Part shown: positions 19,469 through 29,152 of the stretch, piece after piece | Layout: the number at the start of each line of letters is the position of its first letter | How positions within the stretch are numbered: the stretch's first letter is position 1 | Source of the DNA: Pseudomonadota bacterium | GTDB lineage: Bacteria; Bdellovibrionota_B; Oligoflexia; Oligoflexales; CAIMVM01 | Assembly (NCBI GenBank): GCA_037142195.1 | Contig: JBAXBA010000022.1 | Span: 1 to 46,693 of the forward strand | DNA length: 46,693 nt | Direction of reading: 5' to 3' | Position numbers and translations under genes: made by a program | Notes under the pieces: generated by a model | The model's database searches: none | What the model saw: the letters and a program-made list of their open reading frames with translations, nothing else | Told to the model about the DNA's origin: nothing

Positions 19469-21031
19469 ATGGAAAGTAAATCTCCCGTACCTATGAGCCT
19501 ATTCATTTTGGGTGCATGTGTATTCATACCGCTTGGCTTTGTTAGCGGAGTACAAGAATGGGTCAAACCCACTTGGGCAGTGCTCGGGTGGTTTGGATAC
19601 TCAGCCCTACTTTATTGGACATTAGCTCGCCGAAACGCATCGGCACTCATGCACATAGAAAATGAACTTGAGTCCGTAAGGTCCAGCAAGTTTTCCGCAA
19701 ACTCTAGCAGTGCACCAAGCGAGTTGGCCAAAAAAACTATGGAACATGAGTACGAGCGTCTCCGCTTAAGTCTTGAATCTCAGCTTCAAACCGCTCAGCA
19801 AGAACTAAAGAACCGAGATGACGAACTTGTTAAGGCGCTTGAAAAAAACAAGTCCATAAATAACCAACTTGCCGAAGCTAGAGAAGAATTTGAAAAAGCA
19901 AAGGCACACGCAAAAGTAAATGTTTCCCATAAAGGGGAATCTCTGCAATATCTTAGAGAGCAAAATTTGGAATCACGGCTTGCCGATAGGGAAGAACGGA
20001 TCATTTCTCAAGAATCCATGATGAGAAGAGTCCTTGAGCTTGTGCCGGCTATTGAAAAACAGCTTAAAGACGTTATTGACCACACGGAAAGCTCGGCTAT
20101 TGAAATCGGCGAAAAAGTTCGATCTATCTATGAAAAAGCTCAGCAACATTTGGCGGAATCAAATGAGATCTCAAAGCAATTTGGAGCCTCAAATAGCGCC
20201 GAAGAGCAGTCTCTATCCAGCGTACTAAACAATGCTCTTACACTTTTAAAAGAGATGACGGACATGTTAGATGACAATAGTCGCCTAAACGTCGAGTATT
20301 CAAGATCTATTGAAATGATTCTAGAGAGCACTACAACCATTAACAAAATTACAGAAGATATTCAGTACATATCTGATCAGACCAACCTTCTTGCTCTTAA
20401 TGCTGCGATTGAAGCTGCTAGAGCAGGAGAACACGGTCGAGGTTTCTCGGTGGTTGCAGAAGAAGTAAGAAAGCTTTCCGACAGAACCAATCAAGCTTCT
20501 AACGATATTACTCTTATCGTGGGTAAGGTCAATGCATCCATGAAAGACATTTCTAGTTCCTTGACAGAAAATTTGACCAAGACTAAGTCCAAAAAAGAAT
20601 TTGTCGACCAGGCCGTAGAATCCCTTCTGGATTCCGCTCGCGACTCTACGGAAGTTTTCTCCAAGCTCGTTGGAAACGCTGTCCTAAGCTCTGAGGCAGT
20701 AGCTAACAATATCGACGACATCATTCTTAGCCTTCAGTTTCAAGACATTACAAGACAAGAAATTGAAGCCGCCGTCTCACCACTCGCTCGAATCGGGGAC
20801 CTCACGTTCGACATGCTAAGAAAAAGCACGAACCCTAACGCGGCATCATCGAACGAGAAACCATCTTCCCCTGTAAAGAATAGCGCCAGCCCTTCTGAAA
20901 GTAAGAGCAGTACGGCTAATGAAGTCAAAGCTGGGGATATGATGCTGTTTGATGTTGAGGCCAAAAAAGAAACCCCTGAACCTGCCAAGGAAGAAACAAA
21001 AGCCGCCTCGGGAGACGTTTTGTTTTTCTAA
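19469..21031 (+). CDS. Atypical methyl-accepting chemotaxis protein
   Basis: [37 protein letters not shown] hairpin tip; two closely spaced N-terminal TMs; long coiled coil. Confidence 0.9.
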   Translation: MESKSPVPMSLFILGACVFIPLGFVSGVQEWVKPTWAVLGWFGYSALLYWTLARRNASALMHIENELESVRSSKFSANSSSAPSELAKKTMEHEYERLRLSLESQLQTAQQELKNRDDELVKALEKNKSINNQLAEAREEFEKAKAHAKVNVSHKGESLQYLREQNLESRLADREERIISQESMMRRVLELVPAIEKQLKDVIDHTESSAIEIGEKVRSIYEKAQQHLAESNEISKQFGASNSAEEQSLSSVLNNALTLLKEMTDMLDDNSRLNVEYSRSIEMILESTTTINKITEDIQYISDQTNLLALNAAIEAARAGEHGRGFSVVAEEVRKLSDRTNQASNDITLIVGKVNASMKDISSSLTENLTKTKSKKEFVDQAVESLLDSARDSTEVFSKLVGNAVLSSEAVANNIDDIILSLQFQDITRQEIEAAVSPLARIGDLTFDMLRKSTNPNAASSNEKPSSPVKNSASPSESKSSTANEVKAGDMMLFDVEAKKETPEPAKEETKAASGDVLFF

Positions 21032-21054
21032 GAAAATGGAAAGACATCTCACCT

Positions 21055-21082
21055 AAAATCCTCCTTCTCGGGGGATTTTTTT
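21055..21082 (+). terminator. Intrinsic terminator after the MCP gene
   Basis: AAAATCCTCC-TTCTC-GGGGGATTTT followed by more T. Confidence 0.8.
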
Positions 21083-21173
21083 ATAATGTCTGGGCCTTAA
21101 GCAACCAATTATTTCTCTCATAGGAATCTGGCAGTACTCGATGATATCCCCTTGTAAAACTCTAGGAGGATCT

Positions 21174-21593
21174 ATGAAGAACGCTATTTTATTAAGTCAC
21201 AACATTTTAGACCAGGAGGAATTTAAAGCGAGTATACCCAAAGTCCTAATGACAGGAACTCATCTTAACTTTGAAGGGATGACAATAGACCTAGGAAAAC
21301 AAACTCTTATGATCAAACTATTTCAGGCTTTCATTGAAAACGATGACTGCCGTGTCTCACGACTGAATTTAATGCAAAAAATCTATGGACATACTGACTT
21401 TAGTGGAGCGAACCCCCAACTTCTATGTGATTTTCACAATATCGTAAAGCTAATAAGTCGTGCCCGCAAAATCTGTGAAACCGGTCTCTATGATGGCATC
21501 AATCGACACTGGATGTGGTTTGACTATGACCCATTTACTAGCGAGTGGGTTTTAGTTAAGCCGCGGTACGTCCGAATGACCGTGGCTGGGTAG
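21174..21593 (+). CDS. Hypothetical protein, possible winged-helix DNA-binding domain
   Basis: Strong AGGAGGA RBS; VSRLNLMQKIYG...IVKLISRARK resembles the OmpR-type wHTH. Confidence 0.55.
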   Translation: MKNAILLSHNILDQEEFKASIPKVLMTGTHLNFEGMTIDLGKQTLMIKLFQAFIENDDCRVSRLNLMQKIYGHTDFSGANPQLLCDFHNIVKLISRARKICETGLYDGINRHWMWFDYDPFTSEWVLVKPRYVRMTVAG

Positions 21594-23175
21594 TTACAAG
21601 TCGCCTTAGAACTTCAAGATCAATTTGAGATCCCGGCTCTCCGAAAGACTTAAGCGTCTGACGGAGACTATTCCGATATACGGCAGATGCCAAATAGTTA
21701 ACATACATACGAATGCCAATAGACTTTCCAATCATCTTGGCAACGTCACCATAGGTAACTCGATCCGCTAAAATTAAGAATTCAGGTATTTTTAAACTAT
21801 TACCTAATATCAATTCATTAAACCGAAGAGCTGACTTTGAGGCGATCCTCTTTCTCTTAATTAAGCTTGATTTGGTGTAGTACTGGTTCCTACTCAAAAA
21901 TTTGATGTGATCCTCATCTGTCATAACAATTCTTGAAGGAGCATAAATTTTACTAGAAAAAGCCGCAAACGCATACCTCAGTATTTTAACTAGAAAATCT
22001 CGCGGATTATGATTCCTAGATGCAATCGAAAAGATATGCTGACCGGCGAGTTCTGCCAGATGATGAGGATTATCATCGCAGATTACTAAACTTCGGCTTT
22101 CTGGAACATAGAAATATCCGTCTTTTCTGAGCGACTCAAAAATCGTTTCCTGCTCGTCGGACTGAGATCCCTCAAAATCAATCTTAGTTAAAGAAATTTC
22201 CTCGATTTCGGCAGTCTTAGTTAAATTGAAATTTTCAATATGACGAAATTCAATATCTGCTTTCAGAAAACCTGAAAGCTCAGAAGCCATAGTCAAAAAA
22301 AAGTGATCCGAATCGAATTCGAGCTCGTAAAAATCATCGTCACCTGGAGATTTCTTAGAGGACTCCACCCAAATTGAAAGTGATTTCCACTTAACCCAAG
22401 GTGCCGTATTAATAACACAAAAAGTGCTGGAGTCCACCTTCATTACTTCAGGATGAACTTCCGATCTGATTTTTTGAAGTTGGAAGTAGTATGTGTCAAT
22501 ATTGTTAAATACGCGCATGATTTTATCAGGGCTTCTTCCGAGCTTGGAAAGCGCCCTAGGAAGGTGGCTGGAAGCCAAATGATGCTCTCCCACAATAATG
22601 ATCTGCACTAGCTCTTGATCACCATTTCTCGCATCTAGGCATCTTTTTGCTATTTTTTCGTCCCGCGATTTCATACTTGCCGTCTTCGCACGTCGCTCAT
22701 TGAATGCAAAAACATCAATGGATAGCTCTTTCGCGCACTGGAGGATTTGTTGGTAGTTTTTCCAAGGAAACCCCCAATTTTTAGAATACTCCGTCAATAT
22801 AAGAAGATCGCGGTCACCGATTTCTCCGGACTGATAGTCTTTCAGAATTTCAGAATGCTCAGATCTGAAAAACTCAACGCCGACTTGTAGCTTAATCTGT
22901 GGTTTGTAGGCTCTGATAAGATTGATGAGGCGAAGCGCCGCCCGCTGACTTGATGCTAAAGTATGAAAATCCCCAAACAAAAGAGTCGCCCCAGGGACTA
23001 TAGCTCTCAACAATTCATCCACTGAACAAGGAAAGGCTCTTGACGGGAGTGTTTCATTAAACTCTTTTTGATAGTTTAGGATCGCCTTAGGCTGCCTACT
23101 CAAATAAATCGATACTTCAGCCAAAGTCTCTTCATAGAGCCTTTTCTGAAAGCTGAATAGGTCTTTTTGAGACAT
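21556..23175 (-). CDS. ChaN/EreA-like superfamily protein with C-terminal extension
   Basis: FGDFH, VGVEFF, WGFPW..Y, SRDE.IA, IIVGEHHL; ATG 23175 follows GGGGTG. Confidence 0.7.
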   Translation of the reverse strand: MSQKDLFSFQKRLYEETLAEVSIYLSRQPKAILNYQKEFNETLPSRAFPCSVDELLRAIVPGATLLFGDFHTLASSQRAALRLINLIRAYKPQIKLQVGVEFFRSEHSEILKDYQSGEIGDRDLLILTEYSKNWGFPWKNYQQILQCAKELSIDVFAFNERRAKTASMKSRDEKIAKRCLDARNGDQELVQIIIVGEHHLASSHLPRALSKLGRSPDKIMRVFNNIDTYYFQLQKIRSEVHPEVMKVDSSTFCVINTAPWVKWKSLSIWVESSKKSPGDDDFYELEFDSDHFFLTMASELSGFLKADIEFRHIENFNLTKTAEIEEISLTKIDFEGSQSDEQETIFESLRKDGYFYVPESRSLVICDDNPHHLAELAGQHIFSIASRNHNPRDFLVKILRYAFAAFSSKIYAPSRIVMTDEDHIKFLSRNQYYTKSSLIKRKRIASKSALRFNELILGNSLKIPEFLILADRVTYGDVAKMIGKSIGIRMYVNYLASAVYRNSLRQTLKSFGEPGSQIDLEVLRRLVTTQPRSFGRTAA

Positions 23176-23271
23176 CTCACCCCCTAAACCTATTTTAGGG
23201 GAGTTGAAATAGAACCCGATGGGCTTTGTCTGCCCAGATCTTTGAAACAAGTCCAAATCGATCAAATAAAT

Positions 23272-24348
23272 CTATTTATTTAGGGTAGTTCGGTCAAAAT
23301 AGATACTGCCTAAATGCCCATCCTTGTCCTGAGGCTCTCGAGGCATCACATACCCACATCGAAGCCCTGACAACGGCCCAAACCACGGCTGAGCGATCAT
23401 GGTGCGAAGACTCTTTTTACAATGCTCCTTGATGTCGACCGCTGATAGTTCTTTATCAATCGAAAACCGCATCATAAGACCCACTCCCTCTGTAGTCAGT
23501 GCACTGGCCAAATGCACAATTTTTTCAGCGGGAAAAATCTTAAGAACTTCAGATTCCAGGGAAATACTAGGCGCAAAGTTCTTTTGGTGATCTGAAATCA
23601 ACGTCTCCCCAGCGTGCAAAAAGTAAGTCTTACCATTCAGAAGTTTTCTTGCTAAATCGTAATAGACCCATGCTGCTAGAAAATTTTTGCTTTTAAAGAG
23701 CCCATCAGCTTCCTCTGTCCAATTTCTGTAGTCTTTCGATTTATGAGTCCATTGATGCCAATGAAAATTGCCTATGTACCATGACTTCTCTTTAGGAACG
23801 AGGGTAACAAAGAATCGCCCTGCCTCTAAATCTCCCGTAGACTGAATCCATGTAGAAATTTGATGATCATAACCATAAAGCGGAGAAATTTGCAGAACAT
23901 CGTCGTCGCATTTGATGCGAGCAACAGTTCTGTCTTTACTGTAGATGGCCCAAACTTGTTCGATGTTCGTGGAGTATTTCTTTCCAATAATCGCCCTTTG
24001 TTTGGCTAATACCTCATTTATCGCCGCAGTAGTTACTTTCAACTGTGGGTGAAACAACGGCTTCAGCAAATCAACATTCTCAGTCTGAATGCCTACTTTT
24101 AAATCTTGAAGAACCTTATTTAGGGCCGCATTTGCCCAAGCATAATCTGGAGCAGCGGAACCTCCTCCGTTTAAAGCTTTTGCTGGAAGCTTGACGCAGG
24201 AGCGCTCGACGCCTTCTTTTTTAAAGACCCCTGACATTCCAACCAATTCCTGTGATTGAGCTTTTTCAGCGACAAGCCAAATAGATAAAAAAGATAACAA
24301 TAAAGAAGAAAACAAAGTAGAAACCAAGGTCAAACGTAAGATCGCCAC
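23272..24348 (-). CDS. Hypothetical exported protein
   Basis: 358-aa ORF with hydrophobic N-terminus; GGGGAGGG RBS before GTG. Confidence 0.7.
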   Translation of the reverse strand: MAILRLTLVSTLFSSLLLSFLSIWLVAEKAQSQELVGMSGVFKKEGVERSCVKLPAKALNGGGSAAPDYAWANAALNKVLQDLKVGIQTENVDLLKPLFHPQLKVTTAAINEVLAKQRAIIGKKYSTNIEQVWAIYSKDRTVARIKCDDDVLQISPLYGYDHQISTWIQSTGDLEAGRFFVTLVPKEKSWYIGNFHWHQWTHKSKDYRNWTEEADGLFKSKNFLAAWVYYDLARKLLNGKTYFLHAGETLISDHQKNFAPSISLESEVLKIFPAEKIVHLASALTTEGVGLMMRFSIDKELSAVDIKEHCKKSLRTMIAQPWFGPLSGLRCGYVMPREPQDKDGHLGSIYFDRTTLNK

Positions 24349-24385
24349 TAGACCCTCCCCTCATTCTATCAAAAATGCGCATCAT

Positions 24386-24649
24386 TTATTTTGCTGCACA
24401 AGACCCACAGCCTTTTTCAGGCTCAAAGTCTATTTTATCCCAAGTTGCAAATTCTTCGTTAATCAACTCTAAGGCATCATCAAGAAATTCAAACTCAACG
24501 CTCATAAGTTCTTTTAAAACTTTAGTTTCTAAACAGTAGGCATTATAGAAATATTTTCGTTCCTCGGGACAATATACTATATTGACTCCTGCTTGACGCT
24601 CGCCGAATCGAAGAAAAGATGAAGAGTAGTTTTCCGTTGTCAGTTTCAA
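24386..24649 (-). CDS. Small acidic hypothetical protein with C-terminal CGSC
   Basis: 87 aa; TTG start 2 nt after the ispA stop; four Cys. Confidence 0.7.
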   Translation of the reverse strand: MKLTTENYSSSFLRFGERQAGVNIVYCPEERKYFYNAYCLETKVLKELMSVEFEFLDDALELINEEFATWDKIDFEPEKGCGSCAAK

Positions 24650-24651
24650 AA

Positions 24652-25581
24652 TTAAAACTCTCTATTTAGTAGTAAATCCAAGTAACCCATCAGTTCACTT
24701 ACCATACCTAAATCTTTTAAAATAGCCTTACCCTCGTTGGTCCAGTGATTTGCGAGGTGTATTGCCTGTTCACGGGAGTAAAAGCTTAAATAGGTGAGCT
24801 TATTTTGAGCCTTATCCTTTCCGGCAGATTTTCCGGTTCCCTTGGAGTCATCTAGGAGGTCATCCATGATTTGGAAGGCAAGGCCTATAGTTGACCCGGC
24901 CGTTCGCATCTTGTGAGAAAGTTCAGGTCGACCGGCGCATATTGCGGCCATGGCAAGTGACGCACCTAGAAGAGCTCCCGTTTTAAGGGAGTGCATTCTG
25001 TCGAGGTCTTCGCTAGTTTTAAGCTCCAAAGGCCTGGGAGCATCCATATCTAAGCCCTGACCTAAAACCATACCTTGGCTGCCTGCTGCTTTTGCGAGCT
25101 CAGCCATGAGGGCGACCTTTAGGGAATCGACGAGGAAGGTGTCCCGTGCGATGACTAAAAAGGAGTCTGTAAGAAGTGCGTCACCGGCAAGAATGGCCGT
25201 AGCCTCAGAATAAACCTTATGTGTGGTCAGCCGGCCTCGGCGAAAATCATCATCATCCATGCTGGGGAGATCGTCGTGCACCAAACTATAGCAATGAATC
25301 ATCTCCAAGGCGATGGCAGCCGACGTACAGGATTCCAGTCGAGCCCCTAATGAGCGGGCTGCAAGGAGAAGTAGGAGGGGCCGCACCCTCTTTCCTGGTC
25401 CGTCGCAGCTGTAATGGGCCGCCTGCAGGAGACTTTCTGGCCCTTTATAAAGCTCCTCCATCATCTTGCGCCAAGCACTTTCAAAGTGCAATTTTAAATC
25501 TCTGTTCAAATCGCTGTTCAAATCGCTGTTCAAATCTCTAGTAGTGTCGCCCATCTCATCCCTGTTTCCTTCATTTTGCAT
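24652..25581 (-). CDS. ispA: Polyprenyl (farnesyl/geranylgeranyl) diphosphate synthase
   Basis: GKRVRP, HDDLPSMDDDDFRRG, FQIMDD; start 25581 or 25554. Confidence 0.92.
   Translation of the reverse strand: MQNEGNRDEMGDTTRDLNSDLNSDLNRDLKLHFESAWRKMMEELYKGPESLLQAAHYSCDGPGKRVRPLLLLLAARSLGARLESCTSAAIALEMIHCYSLVHDDLPSMDDDDFRRGRLTTHKVYSEATAILAGDALLTDSFLVIARDTFLVDSLKVALMAELAKAAGSQGMVLGQGLDMDAPRPLELKTSEDLDRMHSLKTGALLGASLAMAAICAGRPELSHKMRTAGSTIGLAFQIMDDLLDDSKGTGKSAGKDKAQNKLTYLSFYSREQAIHLANHWTNEGKAILKDLGMVSELMGYLDLLLNREF
25496..25540. repeat. 12-bp tandem repeat, ~3.7 copies
   Basis: AAATCTCTGTTC AAATCGCTGTTC AAATCGCTGTTC AAATCTCTA, encoding RDLNSDLNSDLNRDL. Confidence 0.9.
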
Positions 25582-26176
25582 CGTCTAGAGTCCCAGCCAA
25601 AATCTTCTCTATGACTTTAGGCAAAAGCTGCTTCTCAATCTCAAATACCTTCCTTGCAATATCTGCCGGGGTGTCTGATGACTCCAAAGGAACACGTGCT
25701 TGAGCTACGATACGCCCCTCATCGTATTTATCGTTTACAATGTGGATGGTGGCTCCAGAATAGCTTTCTTTTGCCGCCCAAACAGCTTCATGAACCTTCA
25801 TTCCATAAAATCCGGGGCCACCATATTTAGGTAAAAGGGAGGGATGAATATTTATGGTCAAAGCATCTCCTCCTAGCCCCACTGGAAACTTCTTTAAAAA
25901 ACCAGCTAAGACAACCAGACCAGGAGAACAGGCCTGAAGAAATATTTTTTGTTTTTCCACAGTATCAGCCCAACCGTTCTCGGAATAATCTCCGAAAAAG
26001 ATGGGAACCTTATGTGACTTGGCGACTTCAATTGCGTTGCAGTGCTCATTGGAAACAATGACTCCGGAAATGACGTATTTAAATCGCGAACTTGATTCAA
26101 ACAGGCTTTCTAAAAGCCTTCCTTTTCCTGAAACAGCTACCACTATCTTTTGATTATAATTGTGTGGGATGGTCAA
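25571..26176 (-). CDS. purN: Phosphoribosylglycinamide formyltransferase
   Basis: VSGKG, LAGF, INIHPSLLPKYGG.G.YG..VH, GATIH.V...YDEG. Confidence 0.92.
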   Translation of the reverse strand: MTIPHNYNQKIVVAVSGKGRLLESLFESSSRFKYVISGVIVSNEHCNAIEVAKSHKVPIFFGDYSENGWADTVEKQKIFLQACSPGLVVLAGFLKKFPVGLGGDALTINIHPSLLPKYGGPGFYGMKVHEAVWAAKESYSGATIHIVNDKYDEGRIVAQARVPLESSDTPADIARKVFEIEKQLLPKVIEKILAGTLDDAK

Positions 26177-27104
26177 ATTGACTTACTCCCTTCGCTTGAC
26201 AGCCATTAAAGAAAGCCGCAGCATCCATTTCGTTCTTACCCGCTGGTTTTACTTTAGAAATCTCAAGACATCCCAACTTGGTACCGACTCTTAATTGTTT
26301 AGATCCTTTATCGTACATAAAAACACCTGGAGCCAAATTCATCGGATGAGAGAATACTTTCATGTCCGTAATCACGATTCTTTGCCCCTGAATAGAAGCA
26401 ACCGATCCCGGCCATCCTGCGTAAGCACGAAATTGATGGGCTAACGTTTTGGCATCTAAATTCCAATCGACAGTGCCGTCGACTTTGTTGATTTTTCGAC
26501 AGCTGACAACTTGACCTTCATCTTGGGGGGTGCCTGCAAACTTAGGGTCACGGAGTAAGTCTAAAGATTCCAAAAGGAGCGTGGTGCTTTCTTGAAACAT
26601 GCGCGCCGTCAATTCTGGCGAAGTTTCATGGGGCAATATGGGAAACTCTTTTTGAGTGATAATCGCTCCTGCATCCATTTTTTTAATCGTAAATAGAATG
26701 CTCACTCCCGTCACTTGATCACCAGCTAAAAGGGCAGCTGGAACGGGAGTCGCTCCTCTATATTTAGGCAATAGCGAGGGATGGATATTAATGGTGGCAC
26801 GCTTCGGAATGCTGAAGAATTCATCGGAAAGCATTTGCCCGTAGGCAGCAGTGATAATCACGTCGGGAGCTAAATCTCTTAGCTCGTCCAAAAACAGTGG
26901 GTCAGATGCTTTATTTGGCAATAGAAGCCTTATATTTTGAGCTCGTGCAAACCTTGCAACCGCTGTGTCCTGAAGGTTCTTCCCCCTGCCTTGCTCTTTA
27001 GGCGGTTGAGATACTACAGCAACTAGTTGAACATGAGAGGCCTTCTGCAATGCCTCAAGCGGCCCCAACACTTCTTCGGGTGAGCCCATAAACACTACTT
27101 TCAT
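26154..27104 (-). CDS. fmt: Methionyl-tRNA formyltransferase
   Basis: MKVVFMGSPE, AAYGQ, INIHPSLLPKYRGATP, MDAG, RAY.GWPG; ATG 27104. Confidence 0.95.
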   Translation of the reverse strand: MKVVFMGSPEEVLGPLEALQKASHVQLVAVVSQPPKEQGRGKNLQDTAVARFARAQNIRLLLPNKASDPLFLDELRDLAPDVIITAAYGQMLSDEFFSIPKRATINIHPSLLPKYRGATPVPAALLAGDQVTGVSILFTIKKMDAGAIITQKEFPILPHETSPELTARMFQESTTLLLESLDLLRDPKFAGTPQDEGQVVSCRKINKVDGTVDWNLDAKTLAHQFRAYAGWPGSVASIQGQRIVITDMKVFSHPMNLAPGVFMYDKGSKQLRVGTKLGCLEISKVKPAGKNEMDAAAFFNGCQAKGVSQFDHPTQL

Positions 27105-27272
27105 AAAGCCTAATCCCTTCTTAGGGTTGATACAGGAGAAATAAGGTCCCCCATTAAAAACTGAACATATCCAGCAATATCCCAAAGTTACGCGGGGTTG
27201 TCACGGCCATTAAGGAAAAGGTCAAATTTTCGGGTACTTGACCGATAAGAGTGTACAGGCGGGAGGGCGAAA

Positions 27273-29096
27273 TTGAAAATATCACGATCCATTGCTTTTT
27301 TCACATTAGGTCTCGTCATAGCTGCGGTAGCACGTAGTGAAGGCATGGGGCCCCGCGATTTGAGTGTAGGCATTAAAATATCTAAGCCCCTAACTAGAGA
27401 AGATGTTAGATACCGAAGCCACCTGGAACTGCAAGGTTCAACCTCTATTTTTCAATTGGCCTCCTCAGATGATCAAATTCTTAAAACCAAGGTTTTTGAA
27501 TATCTATCTGGCTTTCAGATGGATCCTGAAATGGAAATAAGAAAATTAAGTGAAATGAGTTTGCCTACCGGCAGGCATTCTCTTCGTTACAACTTCTTTT
27601 GGCGAGGAATCCCCCTATACAACATTATATTATCTACCCACTTAATTCGAGGGGAACTCTATTTTGTCGGTGAAGTACCGGTCGGAACGCTCGGCTTATC
27701 TTCGGAAGATTTGAAAAATACACCTTCGATGAACCAGGTCGCCATGCAACTTGATCAGGTCTTTTCTGGAGAAGACTTCCTCTATCAGCCCACAGACAAA
27801 AATCAATTAAAAATATTTCCCTGTATCGTCGACGATCAGGAATACCAATTCGCCAGCTGTTTTAGTGTGGAACTGAAGGGAGTCAATTATACCGGAGCTT
27901 CCAATTCAGAAAGAATCGTCGATCTAGAACGTTCCTCATTTTCTGCAACGGGATCGATCTCATACTATCCGAAAAATCCAAATAGCCCAGCAGCCACGGA
28001 AAGTTTTGAACTAGCTGAAAGCGACAAGCTAGAAAATAAGTATTTTACTACGGCACCTTATGGAGCTGAAAGATCTGTCTCTGTGAGTAAAAAATTCGAA
28101 TTCGCTACGAACAGTCCAAGCTTTCCAGAAGCTAACATTTTTGCTCAAGCCAATAAAATGTTAGAGTGGTATAGATCCATTGGCTACAACTGGGACAACA
28201 AAGCCATCAAACTTGTAATGAATTCAACAGACGCCGCAAATATAAACAATGCCGGTTACTATCCAAAAGGCACTGACGGAGCATCGGGGCCGCTCGTGAT
28301 TACTGGCAAAGGGGACGGGTATGTACTTCAAAATTTGTCCTTGGATTCTGATGTCGTAGCACATGAAATTGGCCACCATATGATCTTTAGAACGATTACC
28401 AGCACAAAATATGACGATACTTCTGCCATAAAAAATCATTCCGGGGCTATCCATGAAGGAATGGCTGATTTTTTCGCTTATGCTCGCTCTGGAGACTCCT
28501 GTTTAGGCGAATCTATTTGTCCATCAGGAAGTTCAATATGCATTATTCCTACCTGCTTAAGGACTGCAGCTCTCTCTACAACGGATTGGAATTATGAAAG
28601 CTCCTTTTATAAAAGCCAACCTGAGGCAGGAGTCCACATCAAAGGAATGCTAGTGGCAGCAACCCTCTGGGACGCTATGAAAGCTGGAGGAAACAACCTG
28701 GAATTTGCAAAACTAACTCTCAATTCTATCGACTACTTAAAAAGCCCGGCGAGTTCCTATTCAGACCTATTTATTGCCCTAGTAAGCTCAGACAAAGAAC
28801 TCTTTGCTGGTAAGTATTGTCCTGCTATATTAGCCAGTGCTAAGGCCCGAGGCCTTGGAACTTTAGCCGCTGCAGCCGGCAGCTGTGAAACCCCTAAAGT
28901 GATTGCTAGATCAAATTCATCTGTTCCTATAGTTGGAGGTGCGGGCGCTACCTCAGGTTCCACTTCCGCCGAGACTTCGAAAGCTACCCTTAAAAAGAGG
29001 TCTAGCTCGGGATGTTCCGCCGGAACTACGAATTGGTCGAATATCTTTCATTTCATTCTCTTGGCTCCTTTGCTCTATTCCAGAAAACGAAAGTGA
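27273..29096 (+). CDS. Secreted gluzincin metalloprotease (M4/M36-like) with C-terminal sorting signal
   Basis: Signal peptide, propeptide, NNAGY, HEIGH, HEGMADFF, GVH; S/T linker, GC, hydrophobic helix, RKRK. Confidence 0.85.
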   Translation: MKISRSIAFFTLGLVIAAVARSEGMGPRDLSVGIKISKPLTREDVRYRSHLELQGSTSIFQLASSDDQILKTKVFEYLSGFQMDPEMEIRKLSEMSLPTGRHSLRYNFFWRGIPLYNIILSTHLIRGELYFVGEVPVGTLGLSSEDLKNTPSMNQVAMQLDQVFSGEDFLYQPTDKNQLKIFPCIVDDQEYQFASCFSVELKGVNYTGASNSERIVDLERSSFSATGSISYYPKNPNSPAATESFELAESDKLENKYFTTAPYGAERSVSVSKKFEFATNSPSFPEANIFAQANKMLEWYRSIGYNWDNKAIKLVMNSTDAANINNAGYYPKGTDGASGPLVITGKGDGYVLQNLSLDSDVVAHEIGHHMIFRTITSTKYDDTSAIKNHSGAIHEGMADFFAYARSGDSCLGESICPSGSSICIIPTCLRTAALSTTDWNYESSFYKSQPEAGVHIKGMLVAATLWDAMKAGGNNLEFAKLTLNSIDYLKSPASSYSDLFIALVSSDKELFAGKYCPAILASAKARGLGTLAAAAGSCETPKVIARSNSSVPIVGGAGATSGSTSAETSKATLKKRSSSGCSAGTTNWSNIFHFILLAPLLYSRKRK

Positions 29097-29152
29097 TTTT
29101 TACTTTATAAAAAAGTACAATACCTCCTCAACTTATCGAGGTGACTATAATC

